Source: an uncultured virus (IMG/VR IMGVR_UViG_3300044506_000040) (taxonomy: Duplodnaviria > Heunggongvirae > Uroviricota > Caudoviricetes). Taken from it: a stretch of 64,000 bases of DNA. How positions within the stretch are numbered: position 1 is the stretch's first letter; each line of letters opens with the position of its first letter. The DNA is taken from the IMG/VR virus record IMGVR_UViG_3300044506_000040; one strand, 5' to 3'. This document shows, one piece after another, positions 35,964 through 43,623 of this stretch. The translations under genes were made by a program, and so were the position numbers. The notes under the pieces were generated by a model that had not been told where the DNA came from, did no database searches, and saw nothing but the letters and a program-made list of their open reading frames with translations.

Positions 35964-36518
35964 ATGAGTACTCCTCCTGCAATGGATCCGTATCCGGGGT
36001 CCCAGTCGTTACAACTCGTGCCGATCATGCAAGCGGTGTTTGCGGACGTTCAGAGTCGCAACATCCAGATTGGTCGAGCGAGCCTTGACTTCCAGACGAC
36101 GCCGTATCCGCCGCCTCCCACGGACACGGGCTTGGCGTACTTCCTGGCGATCAGCGAACGCTTCGCTCATGTGAAGTTCAGTCGCGTGAGTCCGAACGCG
36201 GAAGTCGAGCTGCTCTTTGGCACCGGTGGTTCGGTGTTCGGTCCGCGTCGCACGATGGGTCACATGGCGTTCTCGTCCACCTTTGTGGATTTGATGTCGC
36301 TCATGGTGGTCTGCTGGATCACGCGTGAGCTGAGCCAGATGGATCTCGTGCCGTGGGATTTAAACCGCATCAAGCAATACTACACGGCGACGTGTGCAGA
36401 CCCACGTTACACGAATTATCTGCGCACCTTCTGCTTCACCGTCCTCGGGATAGCAGAGAACGCTTTCATCAGTCAAACCAACAACGTCGGCTACGCAACC
36501 GACTACGATGACCAGTAA
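35964..36518 (+). CDS. Hypothetical protein
   Basis: 184-aa ORF with coding-like composition. Confidence 0.65.
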   Translation: MSTPPAMDPYPGSQSLQLVPIMQAVFADVQSRNIQIGRASLDFQTTPYPPPPTDTGLAYFLAISERFAHVKFSRVSPNAEVELLFGTGGSVFGPRRTMGHMAFSSTFVDLMSLMVVCWITRELSQMDLVPWDLNRIKQYYTATCADPRYTNYLRTFCFTVLGIAENAFISQTNNVGYATDYDDQ

Positions 36519-36531
36519 GAGGACTTGTAAG

Positions 36532-36873
36532 ATGTCTTATCAGATTGCTTTTGCGCGTGACGGGATTATCGTGGGCTACTTGGGCCGCGAGGGCATGGAC
36601 GGTGACGTCCTGCGTGAGGACAAGAAAGAAGGGATCGACATGTTCGACCTGAAGGCTTGCTCCAAGCGTGCTCAGGAGTTCAAGAAGGTCCGCCTGCCGA
36701 CGAATCTGAAGAACGCTGACCCGCGCTCGCTCCTGATGTTCCACGTGTGTGTGGGTGACCTGGAATTCGAAGACGGTCAGATGGTCGCGAAGTTTGCGGA
36801 CAAGTACGAAATCAAGGTGCTTTCGGCTGCGACGGGTGGCGCAGTGGAAACGTACCAGTACGTGCCGCAATGA
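36532..36873 (+). CDS. Hypothetical protein
   Basis: GAGGA RBS before ATG 36532. Confidence 0.65.
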   Translation: MSYQIAFARDGIIVGYLGREGMDGDVLREDKKEGIDMFDLKACSKRAQEFKKVRLPTNLKNADPRSLLMFHVCVGDLEFEDGQMVAKFADKYEIKVLSAATGGAVETYQYVPQ

Positions 36874-37271
36874 CAGTACCGGAAATCATTATCCTGGATG
36901 CGGTCGATGAAGTGAGTATCATCGACTCGTATCTGGGAATGTACGGCTTTAAGGAACAGTACACGGACAAGGTGATCCGCGACGTGTACGAGCATCTGCG
37001 GGAATTTAAGGATGCGGCCTTAAAGCTGGAACTGTATCTGCTGAAGATCCAGCGCGAAGAACAAGAGTACGGCGAACTGATCGTGCCCTGGATTCGCAAG
37101 CTGCATGAGGCAACGCTCCACCAGTTGCTTGACAAGCAGATCTATCGGCAGGACGGGATCCTTCCGTACCAGTACGAACGGCGTTTGGGCAATGACACGA
37201 TGTTCCTTTCGCTTAAAGGCGCGAATCGGGGATTGATTCGCTACAAGCTCTCGGGCTTGCCGCCTCGCTAG
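36870..37271 (+). CDS. Hypothetical protein, paralog of 31668-32054
   Basis: ATGA overlap; EQYTDKVIRDV and IY...G..PY.Y motifs. Confidence 0.7.
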   Translation: MTVPEIIILDAVDEVSIIDSYLGMYGFKEQYTDKVIRDVYEHLREFKDAALKLELYLLKIQREEQEYGELIVPWIRKLHEATLHQLLDKQIYRQDGILPYQYERRLGNDTMFLSLKGANRGLIRYKLSGLPPR

Positions 37272-37272
37272 A

Positions 37273-37299
37273 CTGAAGCACGAAACAACCATATATCAC
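37273..37299 (+). promoter_or_regulatory. Putative phage early promoter
   Basis: CTGAA-N14-TATATCAC. Confidence 0.7.
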
Positions 37300-37326
37300 C
37301 TAACTGGACCATTAGGTAGAACAAAA

Positions 37327-37509
37327 GTGCACGCACTCGAACATAAACTCATAATTGCAACGATTGTACTCGTCTGTTTCGCCCTCGCGACACTGCGGGG
37401 GCATCGAAAGGTCATCACGATTCCGCGCTACGTCGCGATTGTGGTGAGCGCCGCGGTATGGGGCATGTACCTGGGACGCGCTGAAGTTCTCTACCACTGG
37501 ATTCAGTGA
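37327..37509 (+). CDS. Small membrane protein
   Basis: 60 aa, two hydrophobic segments, GTG start after TAGGT. Confidence 0.55.
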   Translation: MHALEHKLIIATIVLVCFALATLRGHRKVITIPRYVAIVVSAAVWGMYLGRAEVLYHWIQ

Positions 37510-37530
37510 CAGATTTCTCCAGAAGCGGTT

Positions 37531-37714
37531 GTACCCCGGGCATGCTTGGGCTGGTCGTCGTGGGACGATAGGCCTGGGACTCCTTTAAGTTACCGGTACC
37601 GCGGTAAGCAATGCTCTAGCACGTTTCTGAGTCTCGCCGCTTTGAAAACGTTTGAACGGGATTCAGCTCGAACGAGGGACAGTTGCGCCAACAACTGGAC
37701 GCGCCGTGGGGTAC
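37531..37714 (+). ncRNA. Candidate multi-stem structured RNA
   Basis: Closing stem GTACCCC/GGGGTAC encloses at least four hairpins in a 275-nt gap between genes. Confidence 0.45.
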
Positions 37715-37784
37715 GTGAATTCATGACGGACATGCTAGGGAACGGTAGTAGTACTGGCCCATACACACAACGAAGGGATAACAA

Positions 37785-38180
37785 ATGAGCAGCAGATATC
37801 TGGAAGAGCAAGAGCGCCTCACACGCAAGCATCGCTTAAATCCCGAAGCCGGTGATTACTGGTCGGACCATTTCACTCCGATGATGCTGGTGCTCGCTGC
37901 CACCGATACACACGTCACCTTGGTTCGCGACCGGGTGATGCTCCCCCACAATCACTGGGACTGGGACTACGATAAGGTCCAGGTCACGACCCGTGAAGAC
38001 TTCGCGAAAATCCCCCTGTACAACAAGGACTGTGAAGGTCCGCTCGGTGACAAGTGCTTCTGTCAAGTGTCGCCTGGCAAGATGATGCAAGATGTAATCG
38101 AGTGGCGCAACAATCCACGGCCGAAGAAGATTCTCCTGGACAATGCGCACATTTCCCAACGCTTCCTGGAGGTCGTATGA
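37785..38180 (+). CDS. Hypothetical protein
   Basis: AAGGGA RBS; 131 aa. Confidence 0.7.
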   Translation: MSSRYLEEQERLTRKHRLNPEAGDYWSDHFTPMMLVLAATDTHVTLVRDRVMLPHNHWDWDYDKVQVTTREDFAKIPLYNKDCEGPLGDKCFCQVSPGKMMQDVIEWRNNPRPKKILLDNAHISQRFLEVV

Positions 38181-38503
38181 GCCGCTCATCTGAGCGCCGT
38201 ATGCGTCAAGTGAAACGTCGTGTCGGTCGTCGTCCCGAACACCTCATCGTGGCGGCGATCTACTTCGATGGCAAGTTCTTCTTTCACTTCCGTAAAGAGC
38301 CGGTGTACGTGGTCGAACTCACCGACAAGAACAACATCGTCAAGCGCGAGATCGAAAAGAACTACTGGCGCGAGTTCCTGGAAGAGAAAGGCTGCTACTA
38401 CCAGAAGCTGATCGGTGCAGAAGGCTGGTTCAATCGCCGTGCCACGCTCGAAGACATCGTCAAGGTCGGTGTCCAGAAAGTTACCCTCGTCCCCACGAAG
38501 TAA
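38177..38503 (+). CDS. Hypothetical basic protein
   Basis: GGAGG RBS, ATGA overlap. Confidence 0.65.
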   Translation: MSRSSERRMRQVKRRVGRRPEHLIVAAIYFDGKFFFHFRKEPVYVVELTDKNNIVKREIEKNYWREFLEEKGCYYQKLIGAEGWFNRRATLEDIVKVGVQKVTLVPTK

Positions 38504-38525
38504 AATCCAAGGAAATAAAAAACCC

Positions 38526-39374
38526 ATGACTTGCATTGTTTGGCACAAGAACCGGTTGTACGCAGACAGCGCGATTAACAAGGACGGCGAGGTACTTCAC
38601 TCGTTAACCAAGATCCAGCAGATCTTGACTCCCTTTCGCATCAAAAGCGAAAAGGAAGGCTTCGTCTTTGATGATATCGTGCACGGCTGGTCGGGGACCG
38701 GCGCGTTTATGCCGATGGTGAAATTTGTGGAGTCGTTGGAAGACGATGCCCGTGCCGATTCGGATAGCAGTACGGCGCTTCTCTTCTACACGATCGCCGC
38801 CGAAAAGGACCTGGTCGTGGCCATGGGGAACCTCTTCGAAGTGCTCCTGATCGGTGAACAGTTCAACCATTCGTTCCGTTTCGACGAGGCTGGCTTTTCG
38901 TACAAGAAGTACGAGAAGAACGAGATCGTCTGCATGGGCGGTGGGGCGCAGCTGTGCTTGAACAACATCAAGCGCGCACCGGAAGATGCGAAGGTCGACG
39001 TCATCCGGGCGATGTTCGATACGTTCTACCACGATGGCAACTCGGGTGGCTTCATCGACATCTGGGAAATGGCGGAGCATCCTGACGACAAGCGGCCGAT
39101 CTTCCGTCGCTACGGACTGCACCACGAAATCCCGAAGGACCTGCTCATTGGGGTGATGGAGAAGGTCTACCCGAATGGCAGGAAGATTGAACCCTCGTTC
39201 TTGCGGCGTGAGCTGATGTACCAACCGCTCCTGAACCTGGATAAGGAAAATCAAGCCTTGACCGCTGAGCTTAACACGCTCAAGGCCAAGCTGAAGCGTT
39301 ACGAGAAGCGTCTGGGGATTGTCCCGAAGGCGCCGCGTAAGAAGGCAGCATCCAAGCAGTCAACCACTAACTAA
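38526..39374 (+). CDS. Ntn-hydrolase (proteasome-beta/HslV-like) protein with C-terminal coiled coil
   Basis: N-terminus MTCIVW...LYADS; CMGGG and DGNSGGFID motifs parallel Thr1...ADS, IGSG and DxxSGG. Confidence 0.6.
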   Translation: MTCIVWHKNRLYADSAINKDGEVLHSLTKIQQILTPFRIKSEKEGFVFDDIVHGWSGTGAFMPMVKFVESLEDDARADSDSSTALLFYTIAAEKDLVVAMGNLFEVLLIGEQFNHSFRFDEAGFSYKKYEKNEIVCMGGGAQLCLNNIKRAPEDAKVDVIRAMFDTFYHDGNSGGFIDIWEMAEHPDDKRPIFRRYGLHHEIPKDLLIGVMEKVYPNGRKIEPSFLRRELMYQPLLNLDKENQALTAELNTLKAKLKRYEKRLGIVPKAPRKKAASKQSTTN

Positions 39375-39389
39375 GAAAGGACCGTAGTC

Positions 39390-39767
39390 ATGAACCTCGT
39401 AGTCGAATACCTGAAGAAAGCATTCGAAGGCCGCAAGCTGTCGGAAGACGCACAGAAGCTGGAGATCCCGGTCGAGAAGCTCGTCGCGCTGCTCGAAGGC
39501 GATCTGCACATCACGCTCGATTTTGCGAAGTCCCTCGAAGACAAGATCAGCTCGATCGTCGCGAAGGACCTGCTCGCCGCACAAGTCGAACAGTCGAAAG
39601 CTGAAGCCGTCGCCGCGGGCGCCGTCGATGTTGCCGCACAAGCCGCGCGCGTCGAAAAGCCGGCCGCCGCTGTCCAGGCACCGGTGCGCCAGGGCCGTAC
39701 GGGCCAGAGCAGCTCGCAGCCGAGCTTCCAGAAGACGCAGGCTATCCGTAGCCGCACGATCTATTGA
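39390..39767 (+). CDS. HigA/XRE-like HTH protein
   Basis: AQKLEIPVEKLVALLEGDLHITLDFAKSLE resembles the HigA HTH. Confidence 0.55.
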   Translation: MNLVVEYLKKAFEGRKLSEDAQKLEIPVEKLVALLEGDLHITLDFAKSLEDKISSIVAKDLLAAQVEQSKAEAVAAGAVDVAAQAARVEKPAAAVQAPVRQGRTGQSSSQPSFQKTQAIRSRTIY

Positions 39768-39778
39768 TCGGGGGCAGC

Positions 39779-40045
39779 ATGAGTCTGCAAACCGTGAACG
39801 CCGCGCTGAACGACCCGAACTTCTTCTATGGGGCCGCCGTCATGGGTATCCTCATGACGATCCTGATGTTCTACGCCGCGTACATGCGGGTGCAGACTCT
39901 GTACCTCATCGCGAAGAACAAGGGTCGTGAGAAGATCGGCGACAAGTTCTATTACATCGTGGAAGAGAAAGAGTATCTCGAACTCACTCTTCCACATCTG
40001 CCGAAGTTTGGCAACGAAGGAGAAGAAGATGAGCATCCTGAGTGA
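39779..40045 (+). CDS. Small membrane protein
   Basis: Single TM segment; GGGGG RBS. Confidence 0.6.
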   Translation: MSLQTVNAALNDPNFFYGAAVMGILMTILMFYAAYMRVQTLYLIAKNKGREKIGDKFYYIVEEKEYLELTLPHLPKFGNEGEEDEHPE

Positions 40046-40817
40046 CAAGCAGATCCGGGCACGCTCGCTCGTCCCCACGCACAGCTACCTGCCGCCGAAC
40101 TACAAGCGGATGTTCTTCACGCTCGTGGGCGACCAGTTGTACAACACGGAAACGGGCGCGCTCTTCAACGTCAACAGCGTGGCCGACTGGCTGAAGTCGG
40201 ATCGGGTCAAGGAAATGACCGAGTCGGAAATCGCCGGCTACTGTGTTGGGCATCCGCGCATGATCACGCCGTTCTCGCCCGATCTGGTGCGCACGCGTGA
40301 GAACTGGTCGAAGTGCAACGGGATTCCGCTCGACAACATCGTCGAAAAGATTGTCAGCTACGGCACGAGCAGCTACGGCTACGACGTGCGCTGTGCGGAC
40401 GAGTTCAAGATCTTCACGAACATCAATTCGACGATCGTGGATCCGAAGAACTTCGACGAACGCAACTTCGTCACGCACAAGGGCGACTACTGCATCATCC
40501 CGCCGAACTCGTTCGCTCTTGCCCGTACGGTCGAGCGCATGAAGATCCCGCGTGACATGATGACGGTGTGCCTGGGCAAGTCGACCTACGCGCGCTGCGG
40601 TATCATCGTGAACGTGACGCCTTTCGAGCCGGAATGGGAAGGCTACGTGACGCTGGAATTCAGCAACACGACGCCGCTGCCCGCGAAGATCTACGCGAAC
40701 GAAGGTTGCGCGCAGGTGCTCTTCTTCAAGGCCGATGACACGTGCGAAGTCTCGTACGCTGACCGTGGTGGCAAGTACCAGGGTCAGGGTGCGGAAGTCG
40801 TCTGCCCGAAGGTGTAA
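40029..40817 (+). CDS. dcd: dCTP deaminase
   Basis: [53 protein letters not shown]. Confidence 0.95.
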   Translation: MSILSDKQIRARSLVPTHSYLPPNYKRMFFTLVGDQLYNTETGALFNVNSVADWLKSDRVKEMTESEIAGYCVGHPRMITPFSPDLVRTRENWSKCNGIPLDNIVEKIVSYGTSSYGYDVRCADEFKIFTNINSTIVDPKNFDERNFVTHKGDYCIIPPNSFALARTVERMKIPRDMMTVCLGKSTYARCGIIVNVTPFEPEWEGYVTLEFSNTTPLPAKIYANEGCAQVLFFKADDTCEVSYADRGGKYQGQGAEVVCPKV

Positions 40818-40819
40818 CC

Positions 40820-41059
40820 ATGAGCGTCCCAGCAACCATGCTGCTCATGCAAGTTGCTCGGAGTAATTATCGTGGAGGCGGTGGCTGGATGCCGCCTGAC
40901 GACGAGGAAACCAAAAAGAAGAAGCGTCGCCGCGCCATCATTGCAGCAGTGGTGGCGACGCTCTTTGGCATTGGCGTGGGCTGCTATTTGGCCTACTCGT
41001 ATCACGAATCAGCCGAGCGCCTGAAGTTCATGTACGCACCGCAGCAGACGAGGGCTTAG
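40820..41059 (+). CDS. Small membrane protein
   Basis: Basic cluster followed by a TM helix. Confidence 0.55.
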   Translation: MSVPATMLLMQVARSNYRGGGGWMPPDDEETKKKKRRRAIIAAVVATLFGIGVGCYLAYSYHESAERLKFMYAPQQTRA

Positions 41060-41061
41060 CC

Positions 41062-41313
41062 ATGTGGTGGTACGATCAGGAAGAGAAAGAAATCCAGTAC
41101 GATGCTCAGTACTGGGCAGCGAAGGCTACGCTGCATCAGGCGCATGTTCGTGCGTATGACGACATGCGCCTGGACAAGAAGTGGGAGGCGTTGGGATTTC
41201 GACGGGTAACGAACTGGGGTTGCTCGCGCGAAGAGCTCAAAGTGCAGCCGATGTTTAAGCCGATCCCAGAGCTGCCCATCCTGCGCTATATTCAATCGCC
41301 AGTGGGGTTGTAA
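41062..41313 (+). CDS. Hypothetical protein
   Basis: 83-aa ORF, GAGG RBS. Confidence 0.55.
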   Translation: MWWYDQEEKEIQYDAQYWAAKATLHQAHVRAYDDMRLDKKWEALGFRRVTNWGCSREELKVQPMFKPIPELPILRYIQSPVGL

Positions 41314-41315
41314 CC

Positions 41316-41585
41316 ATGAGTCAGTCCGCAAAGCTTCGAGTCTGTGCTAGTTGTGAGTGGGTCTTCTCCATTGACGATCAACATCCACAGTACGGCGGTT
41401 GTCCGAAGTGCGGGTTTGGTCATTATGGGGCGCGTTACGTGTATGGCAATGCAGCGTACACCTACGCGAAAACGCAGAAGCCGTGGTTTGATAAGAAGAT
41501 GTTGGCGGAGGCGTGTCGACTCGATGCTGAGATTCGAGCAGCTTCTGTCAATTCACGTAAGCGTAGTTCTCTTTTAACGGGGTAA
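41316..41585 (+). CDS. Zn-ribbon protein
   Basis: CASC...CPKC. Confidence 0.65.
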   Translation: MSQSAKLRVCASCEWVFSIDDQHPQYGGCPKCGFGHYGARYVYGNAAYTYAKTQKPWFDKKMLAEACRLDAEIRAASVNSRKRSSLLTG

Positions 41586-41588
41586 GCA

Positions 41589-41933
41589 GTGTCTGTCAAA
41601 CAAGAAGCAAAAGAAGTTGGCACATTTCTGATCTGGGGCACCATCATCATCGTGGTGATCGCCATCCTCGGATTCGTCGCGAACTACGCGGGGTATGTGA
41701 ACCTCAAGTTCTTCGCGCCGCGTGTGGAGCAAGTGCGCCACAACACGTTCGAGTGTTCCGACTCGCACGTGGATAGCCTCACGCGCGAACTGCGTCAAAT
41801 CCGCGAGCAGTGGAATCATGCGGACGCCGCAGGCAAGGCAGCTCTGGCCGATACGTTCAAGCACGAGTACGACGGGTTCACGTGCGGACAACTCCCGGCT
41901 GATGTGCAGTCGTTCTACAACGCAATCCAATAA
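41589..41933 (+). CDS. Membrane-anchored protein
   Basis: N-terminal TM helix and helical exported domain with two Cys. Confidence 0.65.
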   Translation: MSVKQEAKEVGTFLIWGTIIIVVIAILGFVANYAGYVNLKFFAPRVEQVRHNTFECSDSHVDSLTRELRQIREQWNHADAAGKAALADTFKHEYDGFTCGQLPADVQSFYNAIQ

Positions 41934-41939
41934 CAAGTC

Positions 41940-42470
41940 ATGAAGAAGAACAATCTCCTGAAAGTTTCTGCCCTGGCGCTCGCCGCCTTCTTCGTCCTCA
42001 CCGCGGAATCGTGCGACGGCCAGACCGACGCGACCAAGCGTGAAGCCGCTGCGCAAGAGCGCATGCAGTCGGAATCGCAAGCGGCCGTCGGCATGCCCGC
42101 GATCCTGAACTGGACCGAAAAGAAGATCTTCAAGCTGATCTTCGAGAAGCGCGACCAACCGAACCTGCAAACCTACACGTACTTCGTGGGGATGCACAAC
42201 GAGCACACGCCGCTGTGTCGCTCGATTGGTTTCGGCATTCCGGAATCGGAGCAGTACACGAATCCGCAGATGGTCGGCTACGCTTCGTCGCAAGTCGGCG
42301 TCGGTATCCTGCCGCAAGCAGATCCGAACGGTCTGTTCTCCTCGCCGTCGGCCAACGGTACGTGGGTGCTGTGTCTGTACAAGGACGGCACGACGGAGCC
42401 GGTGCGCTCGGAGCCGAACGTGGTCACGCTCACCAAGCCCTGGTCGGAACTGAACCAGGACGGCATGTAA
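41940..42470 (+). CDS. Exported protein / probable lipoprotein
   Basis: Signal peptide ending LTAESC; SIGFGIP...QYTNP...PQADPNGLFS...GTWVLC motifs. Confidence 0.7.
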   Translation: MKKNNLLKVSALALAAFFVLTAESCDGQTDATKREAAAQERMQSESQAAVGMPAILNWTEKKIFKLIFEKRDQPNLQTYTYFVGMHNEHTPLCRSIGFGIPESEQYTNPQMVGYASSQVGVGILPQADPNGLFSSPSANGTWVLCLYKDGTTEPVRSEPNVVTLTKPWSELNQDGM

Positions 42471-42480
42471 GGAGTGCGGC

Positions 42481-42678
42481 ATGGTCTTCGTGATTGGCTT
42501 GATCTGTTTCCTGGTCGGCGTTGTCATGATTCGCTTCTTTGGCACGAACGCCATGGAGCGGCTGGTGAAGCGCAAGCAGCACAACAAGTGGGACTACATC
42601 GGCGCGGTGCTCTTCTTCCTGGGCATCATCCTGATGATCGTCTCGATCTGCATCAAGCTCTGGCATTACATGCCGTAA
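42481..42678 (+). CDS. Small membrane protein
   Basis: AAGGAG RBS; two TM segments. Confidence 0.6.
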   Translation: MVFVIGLICFLVGVVMIRFFGTNAMERLVKRKQHNKWDYIGAVLFFLGIILMIVSICIKLWHYMP

Positions 42679-42707
42679 GCGAAACAACGAAAACGGATTA
42701 GAACGAA

Positions 42708-43598
42708 ATGCTGAAAGTATTTGCTGTCCACAGCAGCGGTCACACGCTGACTGGTGAACCCGTAACCGGTCGTCAAGAACTCGACGTGAAAACGATCAAG
42801 TTCAAGGGTGGCGAAATGCACCCGACGGTGTACCCCAATGGCAAGCCCGTGGCGGTCCACATCCAGGTGCATCTGACCGGTGGCGACGACGTCATGGAAC
42901 TGCTGCTCGTGACCGACGCCGTCAAACGTCTGTACCCGATGCTGCCGATCACGCTCATCATGCCCTACGTGCCGTACGCGCGCCAGGACCGTGTGGCGAA
43001 CCACGGTGAAGCGCATGGCCTGAAGGTCTTCTGCAAGCTGATCAACGATCAAGGCTACGCGCGCGTGGTCGTGCAAGATCCGCACAGCGACGTGGCGACG
43101 GCTCTGCTCGACAATGTGGTGGTCGACGAAGCGTACAGCGCGATCGAAGAAGCCGTACGGAAGATCGAAGCGCGCTACGGCGTGCTGCCGGCACTGGTGT
43201 CGCCGGACGCAGGTGCGCGCAAGCGTACGCTGAAGATCGCGCACTACCTGGGCGGTCTGCAAGTCGTCTTCGCGGACAAGGTGCGTGACACCAAGACGCT
43301 GGAGATCACAGCGACCGAGATCCACGGTGACATGCCCGATGCACCGCTGCTGGTGGTCGATGACATCTGCGACGGGGGTCGCACCTTCATCGAACTGGCG
43401 AAGGCTGTGCGCAAGCTCGAAGCTGTGGAAACGACGGCTGGTGAAACGGCACTCGAAGCCACGTGGCCGATGCGCCCGATGTTCCTGTACGTGACGCACG
43501 GCATCTTCAGCTACGGCGCTGAACTGCTGCTCGAACACTACACGAGCGTCTTCACCCGCAACAACTGGACCGACGACACGCGCGTCATCGACGTTTAA
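42708..43598 (+). CDS. PRPP-synthetase-like protein; probable ADPR-PP synthetase (Adps) of NARP1
   Basis: FKGGE, MPYVPYARQDR, DPHS, VSPDAGA, VVDDICDGGRTF, YVTHGIFS; adjacent to a Nampt-like gene. Confidence 0.9.
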   Translation: MLKVFAVHSSGHTLTGEPVTGRQELDVKTIKFKGGEMHPTVYPNGKPVAVHIQVHLTGGDDVMELLLVTDAVKRLYPMLPITLIMPYVPYARQDRVANHGEAHGLKVFCKLINDQGYARVVVQDPHSDVATALLDNVVVDEAYSAIEEAVRKIEARYGVLPALVSPDAGARKRTLKIAHYLGGLQVVFADKVRDTKTLEITATEIHGDMPDAPLLVVDDICDGGRTFIELAKAVRKLEAVETTAGETALEATWPMRPMFLYVTHGIFSYGAELLLEHYTSVFTRNNWTDDTRVIDV

Positions 43599-43623
43599 AC
43601 AAGAAGAAAGGAAGAAGAACGAA

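Noticed and set aside
37621..37651. Hammerhead ribozyme (CTGA...GAAA)
   Set aside because: The core would need CUGANGA; the sequence is CTGAGTC and the required stems are not evident.
37546..37788. 80-aa TTG-start ORF across the structured gap
   Set aside because: No RBS, atypical codon and amino-acid usage, and it overlaps dense stem-loops.
41589..42470. Two-component spanin
   Set aside because: No long coiled coil, the lipoprotein is globular rather than Pro-rich, and no lysis genes are nearby.
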